This document shows, piece by piece, positions 18,096 through 27,817 of a stretch of DNA of 36,735 nt. A program made the position numbers and the translations under genes. Positions within the stretch are counted from its first letter, which is position 1, and each line of letters opens with the position of its first letter. Origin of the DNA: Candidatus Humimicrobiales bacterium (lineage in GTDB: Bacteria; Actinomycetota; Humimicrobiia; Humimicrobiales; Humimicrobiaceae); the NCBI GenBank assembly GCA_038320085.1, contig JBBQDW010000003.1, forward strand, positions 1-36,735, given 5' to 3'. The notes under the pieces were generated by a model. It was not told the DNA's origin. It did no database searches and was given only the letters and a program-made list of their open reading frames with translations.

Positions 18096-19397
18096 ATGGC
18101 GACAAATTTAAATATAGAAGTAACACCGCTGCCGAGGGTAGAGGGCCACGGAGATTTGGTGCTTGATGTAAAGAATAAGAAAATAGAAAAACTCCAGATG
18201 AGGATACCGGAATCGCCAAGGTTTTTTGAAGCGATGCTTGTTGGCAGGAATTATACTGAACCGTCATACATAACATCAAGGATTTGCGGGATATGTTCAG
18301 TTGCACATACTTTTACATCAATTAAAGCTACAGAAGCTGTTTTTGGCATTAAGCTTAATGACCAGATAATCAAACTAAGAAAACTTGTTAACCACGGAGA
18401 ATATATTCAGAGCAACAGCCTTCATGTATTTTTCCTGGCCGCTCCCGATTTTCTTGGCATTGGAAGCGTACTGCCTCTCCTTGAAACAAATCCGGCAATT
18501 GTAAATATTGCAGTAAAAGTAAAAAAAATAGGAAATGAAATAGTAAGAATAATCGGCGGCAGAGCTATTCACCCCCTGACAACCGTAGTTGGCGGATTTA
18601 CAAAATTGCCTTCAGCTGAAGATCTCCTTAGAATAAGGGAAATGCTGGTATCTTTGTATCCCGATGTTGAGACTTCCGTTAAAGTCTTAAAGACTTTAAA
18701 GATACCTGAATTTGAAAGGGAAACTGAATATATTTGTTTATCGGATAACGAAGACTATGCCCTCTATGACGGCGATATAAAGTCTTCTGATGGTTGGACA
18801 ATAAAGCCGCAAGAATATCTTAGCAGGATTAAAGAAACAGTTGTACAGCACTCTACAGGCAAGCATTGCAGTGCATCCAGGGATTCCTATATGGTTGGGG
18901 CCCTTTCAAGAGTAAATAATAACTATTCCCAGCTTACCGACAATGCAAAGACTTATGCTGAAGAACTTGGTTTGAAAGCGCCATGCTATAATACTTATAT
19001 GATAAACATTGCGCAGTTTGTAGAAATCGTACATAGTGTTGATGACAGCATAAGGCTCATCGACGAACTCCTTGCAAGCGGCCTTGACGAAAGCAAAACA
19101 ATGGCCGAAATAAAGCCAAAAGCCGGCAGGGGAGTCGGGGCTATGGAAGCGCCGAGGGGCCTTTTGATACATGATTATACATATAATGAAGAAGGTAAAG
19201 TCACCAAGGCAAATCTTATAATACCTACAAACATGAACTATGCAAACATTGAGCTGGATATGGCGCAACTGGTTCCGGCTATAATTGAAAAGACGGAGGC
19301 AGAAATACAGCTGGCGTGCGAGATGCTTATAAGGGCATACGACCCCTGCATTTCATGCTCGACTCATATGCTTAATATCGAGTTTGTGAATAAATAG
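18096..19397 (+). CDS. Group 3b [NiFe]-hydrogenase large (alpha) subunit
   Basis: RVEGHG, L1 RICGICSVAH, EAPRG, L2 RAYDPCISCSTH plus a short cleavable C-terminal tail; GGAGG at 18083-18087 supports ATG 18096. Confidence 0.95.
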   Translation: MATNLNIEVTPLPRVEGHGDLVLDVKNKKIEKLQMRIPESPRFFEAMLVGRNYTEPSYITSRICGICSVAHTFTSIKATEAVFGIKLNDQIIKLRKLVNHGEYIQSNSLHVFFLAAPDFLGIGSVLPLLETNPAIVNIAVKVKKIGNEIVRIIGGRAIHPLTTVVGGFTKLPSAEDLLRIREMLVSLYPDVETSVKVLKTLKIPEFERETEYICLSDNEDYALYDGDIKSSDGWTIKPQEYLSRIKETVVQHSTGKHCSASRDSYMVGALSRVNNNYSQLTDNAKTYAEELGLKAPCYNTYMINIAQFVEIVHSVDDSIRLIDELLASGLDESKTMAEIKPKAGRGVGAMEAPRGLLIHDYTYNEEGKVTKANLIIPTNMNYANIELDMAQLVPAIIEKTEAEIQLACEMLIRAYDPCISCSTHMLNIEFVNK

Positions 19398-19398
19398 G

Positions 19399-19440
19399 CT
19401 AGCCTTAAGAGCTAACGTTAAGAGATAGCCTTAAGGGCTA
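19399..19440. repeat. 13-nt tandem repeat (x3) with near-palindromic units
   Basis: ctagccttaagag / ctaacgttaagag / atagccttaaggg / cta. Confidence 0.7.
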
Positions 19441-19521
19441 AAAGTTTTTAAAAATAATGAGATTTCTGAAATGCTATATTTTTAAAAAGTTTTTAATCTC
19501 GATTATGCGAGAATTGGTTCA

Positions 19522-20856
19522 ATGGTAAAACAAATCAAGGATACAATTGCAGATATTGGTAAAGCAGATGCAGAAGAAGAAGTATCGCTGCTGATAATGC
19601 CTGAAGAAGCTTTTGAGGGCGATTATATAATTGCCACCTATTTCTACGGGTCCAAAGTCGCAGGAGAAGATATATATGAGAAAGCCCAATCATTTGCAGT
19701 AGGGCAGACAATCGGGACATGGGTGCCCATACCGGGCATTACACCGCAGATGAAGAAGCAATATGGAGGCAAACTTGTAAGTATCTATGACATACCTCCT
19801 GCGGAACTTACAACAGATGAGCCGGAATTTAATTTCCATGTCATTCAGATTGCATTTCCGGATGAGAATTTTTCACCCCAGTTTCCCATGATGTTTACAA
19901 CCCTTATGGGTAATGATGTATCCACATCCGCACAGGTAAAGCTTGTAGACATCAAGTTTTCCCGGAAATACTTAAATGCATTTAAAGGGCCCGGGTTCGG
20001 AATCGATGGTATTTACAAATATCTTGGTATTCAAAAAAGAAGGCCCATAGTCCTTAATATGATAAAACCCTGCCTGGGTTACAGTCCTTCTGAAGGTGCC
20101 AAAATATTTAAAGAGATAGCTCTTGGCGGAGTCGATATTATAAAAGATGACGAGTTGCTTGCAGATACCGCCTATAGTCCGATAGTTGACAGGGTAAAAG
20201 CAAATAATACTGTATCAAAAGAAGTAGAAGCAATTACAGGACACAAGACAGTTTATTGTGTCAATATAACAGACAGGCTTGACAGATGCCTTGAAAACGC
20301 ACTCAGGGCAATTGACGCAGGAGCTAAAATGTTAATGATAAACTTTATAGCCTCAGGCCTTTCGACCTTGCAGGCTCTATCAGAAGACAGCAGAATAAAC
20401 GTTCCGGTTGTAGGGCATTACGCTGGCGCAGGTTCAATTACAGAATCCTGCAGTACAGGTCTTTCCACACCCCTGCTTCTGGGGAAAATGGCAAGAATGG
20501 CAGGGGCAGATATAGTTTTATTCAGTTCTCCTTACAGCACTTATCCGTTTCTTAAAAGAAGATACAGGCAAATTGCTGATATGCACAGGCTTGCACTGGG
20601 GGGCCTTAAATCAACAATGCCTGCAATTGGCGGGGGCGTCCATCCAAACAGCTCTGAAAAAATAGTAAAAGATCTTGGTAGAGAGATAATATTGGCAGTT
20701 GGCGGAGCAATACTCGGGCATCCAAACGGTCCGACTGAGGGCGCAAGGGCAATGATGCAAACGGCCCAAGCTCTGGGCCAGGGAATCAGCTTGTATGAAA
20801 TTGCCGGGGAAAAAGGGTATGAGTCATTAAAGATATCCCTGGATAAGTGGGAGTAA
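19522..20856 (+). CDS. RuBisCO-like protein (form IV)
   Basis: GQTIGTW, MIKPCLG, GGVDIIKDDE, VNIT, HYAGAG, GGGVH, GGAILGHP; several carboxylase active-site residues are replaced. Confidence 0.9.
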   Translation: MVKQIKDTIADIGKADAEEEVSLLIMPEEAFEGDYIIATYFYGSKVAGEDIYEKAQSFAVGQTIGTWVPIPGITPQMKKQYGGKLVSIYDIPPAELTTDEPEFNFHVIQIAFPDENFSPQFPMMFTTLMGNDVSTSAQVKLVDIKFSRKYLNAFKGPGFGIDGIYKYLGIQKRRPIVLNMIKPCLGYSPSEGAKIFKEIALGGVDIIKDDELLADTAYSPIVDRVKANNTVSKEVEAITGHKTVYCVNITDRLDRCLENALRAIDAGAKMLMINFIASGLSTLQALSEDSRINVPVVGHYAGAGSITESCSTGLSTPLLLGKMARMAGADIVLFSSPYSTYPFLKRRYRQIADMHRLALGGLKSTMPAIGGGVHPNSSEKIVKDLGREIILAVGGAILGHPNGPTEGARAMMQTAQALGQGISLYEIAGEKGYESLKISLDKWE

Positions 20857-20859
20857 AAC

Positions 20860-21567
20860 TCAAAAGAAGTCTACCAGTGTTTTTTTAATTTCTCTTACTG
20901 ACTGGTAATCATCAAGCCTTTCTTTATAGCTTTTATCTATCTGCATCGTGTTTTTAATTTTTGTAGGGAAACTGTCTTCAAGCACATAGACAAAATCGCT
21001 TACATAAGCCGCTTCTTCAATATCATGCGTTACAAAAACTACGGTCCTCTTGTCAGCTTCCCAAAGAGCCATAAAGGAGTGCAGCAGGTTTTTCTTCAGT
21101 TTGGCATCAAGACTTTTAAAAGGTTCGTCCATCAGCAGTATTTCAGAGGGATAGGCAAATGCCCTGGCAATCGACACTCTCTGCTGCATACCGCCGCTTA
21201 GATTATTAGGATAATAATCCCTGTATTTATATAGACCGACAATTTCAAGATAGTTATTTACTCTTGACTTTAACTCTTTTTCTTTATAAATGTCCCTTAA
21301 TACAAAATTTATATTTTCATAGACTGTTTTCCAATATAAAAGTCTTGGTTCCTGGAATATGTACGAAAAGTCTTTATCTTTAAAATCTGAAATATTGCCG
21401 CTCTCCGGTGCAGTAATACCGCTGATTATATTTAAAAGGGTTGTTTTTCCAATCCCGGAAGGTCCAAGAATGCATGTAATCTTATTTTCACGGATATCCA
21501 TATTAAGTCCGCTGAAAATACTGATCTTGGGATAACTTTTATATAAATTTTTAATAACCAGCGCCAT
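20860..21567 (-). CDS. NitT/TauT-family ABC transporter ATP-binding protein
   Basis: GPSGIGKT, FQEPRLL, LSGGMQQR, LMDEPF, VTHD. Confidence 0.93.
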   Translation of the reverse strand: MALVIKNLYKSYPKISIFSGLNMDIRENKITCILGPSGIGKTTLLNIISGITAPESGNISDFKDKDFSYIFQEPRLLYWKTVYENINFVLRDIYKEKELKSRVNNYLEIVGLYKYRDYYPNNLSGGMQQRVSIARAFAYPSEILLMDEPFKSLDAKLKKNLLHSFMALWEADKRTVVFVTHDIEEAAYVSDFVYVLEDSFPTKIKNTMQIDKSYKERLDDYQSVREIKKTLVDFF

Positions 21568-22327
21568 ATTCTCTTTTCCATTTCAAAGATTTTTTTTCAA
21601 TTAATCTTATGAGCCTTTCAAACAAATACCCTATAAGTATTGCAATTATGGTCCACGCAAAGACGTCGTTTATATTAAGGTATATTTTTGAATTCTGAAG
21701 GCTGCTTCCTATGGCATATTTGGGCTGGCTCAATACTTCCGCAGCTATGACCACTTTCCATCCTATTCCAAATGCAGTGGAAATCGCTGCTGTTAAAAAT
21801 GGTACGATAGACGGCAGGTAAATTTCTTTTATAACCCTTTTTCTTTTTATCCTGTATATTTTTGCCATCTCCAGCAGCTTTGGATCAATATTTTTAATAC
21901 CTTCAATTACATTTGTGCATATAATGGGAAAAGACATCAGAAAGCTTGCAAATATGGGTACATTGTTTGCCTTAAACCATATTAATGCAATTAATATTAT
22001 TGTCATTACGGGAGTCGACCGGATAATTACCAGGAAAGGTTCAAAGATCTTATTAAATATCCTGTTAAAGCCTGCAGCAAAACCCACCAATAGCCCAAGA
22101 ACAAATGATATTGCAAAACCTATGAGGCCCCGCTCGAGGGAAAAAAGGATTATGATAAAAAAATCCCGGGTTTTTAAAAGGTTAAAAAGGCTTATAAGGG
22201 TGCTTTCAGGGGATGGAACTATGATTGCTGAATTTACTATAACGGATATTATTTTCCATATTGAAAGCAGTAATACAAAAGATAAAACAGTGTAAAGCCG
22301 GTCCTTTTTAGTAATAGAAATTTTCAT
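21551..22327 (-). CDS. NitT/TauT-family ABC transporter permease
   Basis: Multiple TM segments, STPVM, GIKNID..LLEMA, GWKVVIAAEVL; start moved to ATG 22327 (MKISITKK), overlapping the end of the upstream gene. Confidence 0.9.
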   Translation of the reverse strand: MKISITKKDRLYTVLSFVLLLSIWKIISVIVNSAIIVPSPESTLISLFNLLKTRDFFIIILFSLERGLIGFAISFVLGLLVGFAAGFNRIFNKIFEPFLVIIRSTPVMTIILIALIWFKANNVPIFASFLMSFPIICTNVIEGIKNIDPKLLEMAKIYRIKRKRVIKEIYLPSIVPFLTAAISTAFGIGWKVVIAAEVLSQPKYAIGSSLQNSKIYLNINDVFAWTIIAILIGYLFERLIRLIEKKSLKWKREYGAGY

Positions 22328-23438
22328 CAGGCATTTTTCCTCCCACATCTTCAGGGGAAAATCCCAGTATGGTATTGATGTAGTTTTTAATGATTTCTTT
22401 TGAGTCATCAAGGGTTGTAAAGCGTATATTACACCTTGGTATCGCTTCTTCTGCGGTAGCGGCATCCATTCCTATCTTAAACTCCTCAACTAGTAATGAG
22501 GCGTCTTTGATATTTTCTGTGGCCCAAATAGTGCTCTGCTGATATTGCTTTAAAAACTCATCCACAATTTCCCTATGCTTGTCTGCAAAATCCCCGTTGA
22601 CCACAACGCATGACATTGGCATCGGGTCACCGTTGCCGGCTTTTTCCCATTGCTGTTCTATATCGAATGCGATTGTTACTTTTGGATTCCTTTTTATAAT
22701 CATGGTCACAAACGGTTCAGGAAGTAGTGCCAAATCTGCTTTGCCGGCAATCATTAGCTGGGAAAGCTCCACTTGTTCAAGAGTATAATCAAGCGTAACA
22801 TCGCTCAGTAAATTAGGCCCATTTTTTTCAAGCAGGTAGCGTAACGCTATATCTGGGGTTGAACCTTTTGAAATCACATTGATTGTTTTATTTCTTAAAT
22901 CATCCCAGGTCCTGATATCCGAAGTCTGCTGCAGAAGGTACAGGACCCCATAACCTGTAATGGCTGCAATCCTGTAACCGGAGCCTTTATTATAAAGTCT
23001 GGCTGCCACATTAGTAGGCAGGGAAGCAATCTGGACCTCATTGGAAAGTATTTTTGAAACCATGACTTCGGGGTTTGGAACAATTTCATAGCTTGAGCTT
23101 ACATTGTTTCCAAGAGAAGGATTTTCTTTGTGAAGCTTCAGCATACCAATGGAAGTAGGGCCCTTAAGGGAAGCTATCTTTACATTTATTGCAGAATCGG
23201 TATCCAATGATTCCTGGCGTTCACTGTTATCTATGGTAACTTTAGATGCAGTTGAATCAGAGGTGTTTTCGGAATTAGCTTCAGCTGATGATTTGGATTC
23301 TGATGCTGCCGATGCCGTATCATTTAATTCCACATCAGAATTACCTGATGTATTTGTGCTGCTTTTAATGCATCCCGTAAAAGATAAAACAGCAATTATA
23401 AGAAATATGCAAAATATTGTTAAAAAAATTTTTTTCAT
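22308..23438 (-). CDS. ABC transporter substrate-binding lipoprotein (NitT/TauT-like)
   Basis: Signal peptide with lipobox FTGC, Ser/Thr-rich linker, ASLKGPTSIG, LPEPF; operonic with permease and ATPase. Confidence 0.88.
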   Translation of the reverse strand: MKKIFLTIFCIFLIIAVLSFTGCIKSSTNTSGNSDVELNDTASAASESKSSAEANSENTSDSTASKVTIDNSERQESLDTDSAINVKIASLKGPTSIGMLKLHKENPSLGNNVSSSYEIVPNPEVMVSKILSNEVQIASLPTNVAARLYNKGSGYRIAAITGYGVLYLLQQTSDIRTWDDLRNKTINVISKGSTPDIALRYLLEKNGPNLLSDVTLDYTLEQVELSQLMIAGKADLALLPEPFVTMIIKRNPKVTIAFDIEQQWEKAGNGDPMPMSCVVVNGDFADKHREIVDEFLKQYQQSTIWATENIKDASLLVEEFKIGMDAATAEEAIPRCNIRFTTLDDSKEIIKNYINTILGFSPEDVGGKMPDENFYY

Positions 23439-23474
23439 TTTTTTCTGTCTGGCTTTTTCCTGTCTTGCTTTGTA

Positions 23475-24923
23475 TTACCATTTGCCGGTTTTTATATAAT
23501 CGTCCATTGCTATGGCAGCTGTTCTGCCTGCACCCATCGCAAGTATTACTGTCGCCGTGCCTGTGACTATGTCGCCGCCTGCAAAAACACCTTTTTTGCT
23601 TGTTTTGCCTGATTCATCCGCAACAATATTGCCGCGCTTGTTTAAAGTTATATCAGTGGATGTCTGCATAAGCACAGGATTAGGACCCTGGCCTATTGCA
23701 ATTACCACAATATCTGTATCGATCTCATATTCAGAGTCTTTGACAGGAACCGGCCTCCTGCGTCCTGAATCATCAGGCTCACCCAGTTCCATCCTGATAC
23801 ATTTTAATTTTTTGACCCATCCGTTTTCTCCAAGCAATTCAACCGGATTTGTTAAAAATACCATTTCAATGCCTTCTTCTATTGCATGGTGTATCTCTTC
23901 GATCCTGCCGGGCATTTCAACTTCGCTTCTTCTGTAGATTATGTATACTTTTTTGGCTCCAAGCCTTTTAGCGGTTCTTGCAGAGTCCAGTGCAACATTG
24001 CCGCCGCCAACAACAGAGACTATGTTTCCCTTTATAACAGGGGTGTCCCATTTTGGGAAAAGATATGCTTTCATCAGGTTTACCCTGGTAAGGTATTCAT
24101 TTGCAGAATATACGCCGTTAAGGTTTTCACCTGGAATCCCCATGAAATAGGGAAGTCCTGCGCCTGTCCCTATAAATATGCTTTTATAGCCGCTGTCAAG
24201 CAACTCATCTATTGTATAAGTCTTTCCAACTATCATATTTAGCTTTAAGTCAACTCCAAGGCTTTTTACAAAATCAACCTCCTGCTGAACGATAGCCTTC
24301 GGAAGCCTGAATTCGGGAATTCCGTATACAAGGACCCCTCCGGCATAATGCAGAGCTTCAAAGATTGTGACTGCATATCCAAGCTTTGCAAGTTCACCGG
24401 CGCAGGTAAGCCCTGCCGGTCCGGAGCCTATTACTGCAGTCTTTATTTTTTCCTTGACGGTATTTATGCTATCTGCAGGTCTGCTTTCCAAAGATTTAAT
24501 ACTGTATTGCTTTTCTTTATCGCTGTCAGCGACAAATCTTTCAAGCTTCCCGATTGCAACAGGGTCATCTTTTATTCCAAGTATACAGACCTTTTCGCAC
24601 TGGTCCTCCTGTGGGCAGACTCGTCCGCAGACTCCGGGGAGCGAATTTTTTTCCCTGATTTTTTCAAGAGCCTTTTTGTATTCTTTTTCCTTAATCAGGG
24701 CAATAAAGCTCTTTATATCGATTTCAACCGGGCAACCGTCTATGCACCTGGGTTTTTTGCACATAAGGCACCTGGAACTTTCGGCTAAGGCTTCTTCTTC
24801 AGTATAGCCTAACTCTACTTCATTAAAGTTATTTACCCTTACTTCAGGCCTCTGCTGCGCTATTTTGGTCCTTGGTATTTTGATTTTTTTTGGTTTTTCC
24901 CTATTTGTTATATCATCTTGCAT
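23475..24923 (-). CDS. nfnB: NfnB/SudA (GltD-like) large subunit of NADH-dependent reduced ferredoxin:NADP+ oxidoreductase
   Basis: RCLMCKKPRCIDGCP, CGRVCPQEDQCE, GSGPAG, YGIPEFRLP, SANEYLTRVNLM, GGGNVALD, YRR, TVILAMG; overlaps an nfnA-type gene. Confidence 0.9.
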   Translation of the reverse strand: MQDDITNREKPKKIKIPRTKIAQQRPEVRVNNFNEVELGYTEEEALAESSRCLMCKKPRCIDGCPVEIDIKSFIALIKEKEYKKALEKIREKNSLPGVCGRVCPQEDQCEKVCILGIKDDPVAIGKLERFVADSDKEKQYSIKSLESRPADSINTVKEKIKTAVIGSGPAGLTCAGELAKLGYAVTIFEALHYAGGVLVYGIPEFRLPKAIVQQEVDFVKSLGVDLKLNMIVGKTYTIDELLDSGYKSIFIGTGAGLPYFMGIPGENLNGVYSANEYLTRVNLMKAYLFPKWDTPVIKGNIVSVVGGGNVALDSARTAKRLGAKKVYIIYRRSEVEMPGRIEEIHHAIEEGIEMVFLTNPVELLGENGWVKKLKCIRMELGEPDDSGRRRPVPVKDSEYEIDTDIVVIAIGQGPNPVLMQTSTDITLNKRGNIVADESGKTSKKGVFAGGDIVTGTATVILAMGAGRTAAIAMDDYIKTGKW

Positions 24924-25765
24924 TTGTGTTTCTCCGTATATTCTTTAAAAGCTAAATTTTCTTCTTCACAATAAATATTAAGCCTGTTTAAAAGCAGGCC
25001 GAAATCAACAAGATGGCCGTCAAATTCCGGGCCGTCCACACAGGCAAATTTTGTTTTTCCATCGACTTCGACTCTGCAGGAGCCGCACATTCCGGTGCCA
25101 TCGACCATTATAGGATTTAAAGATACAATAGTGTGGATATTGTATGGCTTTGTTACTTCACATACAGCTTTCATCATTAAAGCCGGCCCTATTGCAATCA
25201 CTCGTGAAAATTTTCTTTCCGGGTTGTTTTTAAGATATTCAGAAAAAAAGCCTGAGACAAAGCCTTTGTAACCTATGCTCCCGTCATCTGTGCAGATATA
25301 AAATTCATTGCTGTTTTCTTTTATAATATCCTCAAAAATAAGTCCATCTGCATTTTTTGCGCCAAGAATGGAAACCACATAATTTCCGGCTCTTTTCATT
25401 GCTTTTATTATGGGCAGGGTTGGCGCTATACCGACACCTCCGCCAATAATTGCCACTGTGCCAAAATTTTCTATCTCTGTATTTTTTCCCAGAGGTCCGG
25501 CAACATCGCATAAGACATCGCCTACATTTAAGTCTGCCAGAAGGCGGGTTGATTTTCCCCTTTTAAGAATTGTCAGGTTGATTGTCCCTTCAGCCTTATC
25601 GCTGTCAGCTATTGTCAGAGGGATCCTTTCGCCGGTTTCAGTGGCCCTTACAACGACAAATTGTCCTGCCAGCGCTTTTGCAGCAATTATATCGTTATAT
25701 ACTTCAAGGCTGGTGATATCTTTTGACAGTATTGATTTTTTAATAATTTTATTAAAATTATTCAA
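24908..25765 (-). CDS. nfnA: NfnA/SudB small subunit
   Basis: GQFV, GERIPLTIAD, GPLG, GGGVG, MVDGTGMCGSCR, CVDGPEFD. Confidence 0.93.
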   Translation of the reverse strand: MNNFNKIIKKSILSKDITSLEVYNDIIAAKALAGQFVVVRATETGERIPLTIADSDKAEGTINLTILKRGKSTRLLADLNVGDVLCDVAGPLGKNTEIENFGTVAIIGGGVGIAPTLPIIKAMKRAGNYVVSILGAKNADGLIFEDIIKENSNEFYICTDDGSIGYKGFVSGFFSEYLKNNPERKFSRVIAIGPALMMKAVCEVTKPYNIHTIVSLNPIMVDGTGMCGSCRVEVDGKTKFACVDGPEFDGHLVDFGLLLNRLNIYCEEENLAFKEYTEKHKCKMI

Positions 25766-25989
25766 TATGGCCCCTTTTTATATTTTCTGTGTTATATTTA
25801 AAAACTGTAAAATGCAATTTAAAAATGCATAAAAACGCTGGAAAAAAAGTATACACATTTAAATATAAAAAACAATAAAATTTCAGTAAAATAAGGTATA
25901 TTAATGGTCGGATGCCAAGGACTAAAGCCTTAAAAGAAATTCTTTTCATTATTATATTGGGATTTGTTTAAAGGAATGATTTTAAAAAA

Positions 25990-26496
25990 ATGAATGAAAC
26001 AGAAACAAACATTCAAAACTGCAGCCTGATAAAAATAATAGGGTTTGGCAATATTTTTATGGCGGATGACGGCATAGGAATACGTGTAATTGAAGAGTTG
26101 CAGCAGCAGCAGGTATTTAGGGACAACGAGAATATTGAGCTTGTTGACGGCGGGACCTCAGGGATCGACCTTATTTTTATGCTTCAGGATACGGGCAGGG
26201 CCATTATTATTGATGCCGTTGATGCCGGCCAGGAAATTGCGCAGATCGTGGTTTTTTCTCCGCATGAGATAGTGGGATTTAAAAAAAAGATTTTTAAAAG
26301 TTACTCTCTTCACGACATTGACCTTGCCGAGGCATTTGAGCTTGTAAGAAACCTTAATTCAGCAGCTGATATTAAAATTATAGGTATTAAACCAAAAAAT
26401 ATCTGCTACAGCGATAAACTCAGCCCTGAAATACAAAATAGTATCCCGGAAATAATAGCAAAGATAAAGGAAGAAGTGTCTGGCTGCAGGCTTTAA
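25990..26496 (+). CDS. [NiFe]-hydrogenase maturation endopeptidase (HybD/HycI family)
   Basis: IGFGNIFMADDGIG, DGGT, IIDAV, SLH. Confidence 0.93.
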   Translation: MNETETNIQNCSLIKIIGFGNIFMADDGIGIRVIEELQQQQVFRDNENIELVDGGTSGIDLIFMLQDTGRAIIIDAVDAGQEIAQIVVFSPHEIVGFKKKIFKSYSLHDIDLAEAFELVRNLNSAADIKIIGIKPKNICYSDKLSPEIQNSIPEIIAKIKEEVSGCRL

Positions 26497-27623
26497 CAAA
26501 TACGCGGCAGCTGCTCACTGTAATAAAGGTCAAGCAACCTTTTGGTCCCGATTTCTGTGTTTAAAATAACTTTGCCGCTTCCTTTTTTAGTAACTTTTCC
26601 TATAATGCAGGCGTCTCTGCCATATTTATTCTTCCTGGCGGCTTCAAGGACAATAAAAGCGTCTTTGGCGGATACGAAAAATACCATTTTCCCCTCGTTT
26701 GCCACATACAGCGGATCCATCCCGAGAAACTCACAGATGCCTCTTGTCTCTCTTTTTACAGGGATTTCGCCGCTTGTGATCTCGAAATCATGTTTGGACG
26801 CTAATGCAAGCTCAAATAATACCCTTGCGAGCCCGCCCCTGGTGGCATCTCTTATTGCATGTATGTTTTTTGATACTGCGATCAGTTCTGCAACAAGCGG
26901 GCTTAATGGCGCGCAGTCACTTTTAAGAGATGTTTTGAAGTCAAATTCTTTTCTTTTGCTTAAAACAGCGATTCCATGATCTCCAATTGTACCGCTGACA
27001 ATAATAATATCACCGGTTTCTATGCGGGAAGGGGATATGCTGACTTCTTCATCAATTAAGCCTAAGCCTGCTGTGTTTATGTATATTTTATCCGCACTTC
27101 CTTTTTCTACGACTTTTGTATCGCCTGTGACTATTTTTAGCTGTAAATTATGGGTTTTTTTCTTCCGGCTTTCATGGGAGTTGTTGTTAATCTCATCAAT
27201 TGTATCGCTGACTGATTTCATGATCTTTTCAAGGTCTTTTATCGGAAAACCTTCTTCAAGTATCAGTGAAAAACTTAAGAAATATGGCTCTGCGCCACTG
27301 GCTGCAAGGTCATTTACTGTACCGCATATGCTAAGTTTTCCAATATCCCCGCCGGGGAAAAAGATTGGATTTATTACAAAGCTGTCAGTGGTAAAAGCTA
27401 TTTTTTTCCCGGGTAGAATAACCACTGCGCTGTCTTCAAACCTGTCAAGAATATCATTTTTTATATGTTTTGAAATGGTATTACTGATGAGCTCGCTGCT
27501 TTTTAAACCTCCTTCGCCGTGAGACATCAGGATGATATCATCCTTCTTTTGCCGATCATGCTGTTTAATGGCCGCGTTTTGTTTTTTTTCAGGAACCTTT
27601 TCCTGTTTTTCCCGGTTTTTCAT
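26493..27623 (-). CDS. hypE: Hydrogenase maturation protein HypE
   Basis: HGEGG, TTDSFV..FFPGGDIG, GDTKVV, RDATRGG, ANEGK, C-terminal LPRIC. Confidence 0.96.
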   Translation of the reverse strand: MKNREKQEKVPEKKQNAAIKQHDRQKKDDIILMSHGEGGLKSSELISNTISKHIKNDILDRFEDSAVVILPGKKIAFTTDSFVINPIFFPGGDIGKLSICGTVNDLAASGAEPYFLSFSLILEEGFPIKDLEKIMKSVSDTIDEINNNSHESRKKKTHNLQLKIVTGDTKVVEKGSADKIYINTAGLGLIDEEVSISPSRIETGDIIIVSGTIGDHGIAVLSKRKEFDFKTSLKSDCAPLSPLVAELIAVSKNIHAIRDATRGGLARVLFELALASKHDFEITSGEIPVKRETRGICEFLGMDPLYVANEGKMVFFVSAKDAFIVLEAARKNKYGRDACIIGKVTKKGSGKVILNTEIGTKRLLDLYYSEQLPRIC

Positions 27624-27817
27624 ATTGGCTGATTTTTTCTTTTAATTATCTTAATTATTAGCAATACTAATATATTGCATGACTATTGCCTTCTTGTATC
27701 TGTATCATATAATAATTTCCCGCATATTAAGGATATTATTGCCGCTGAAATAAATTACAGACATTCCTAAAAAAGCCTAAAAAATCAACAGGCAAAAACC
27801 AACTGGCAAAAAAGTTG

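Noticed and set aside
19335-19370. Selenocysteine [NiFeSe] enzyme
   Set aside because: L2 motif is DPCISC with ordinary Cys codons and no in-frame TGA
19522-20856. Bona fide carboxylating RuBisCO / Calvin cycle
   Set aside because: K177, H327, K334 and S379 equivalents are substituted; no small subunit or phosphoribulokinase nearby
22328-22465. Long N-terminus of the permease in the ORF track
   Set aside because: Lies inside the lipoprotein gene in another frame; ATG 22327 gives a normal permease length
23475-24923. Glutamate synthase small subunit
   Set aside because: No gltB in the window; overlap with an nfnA/sudB-type gene indicates NfnAB
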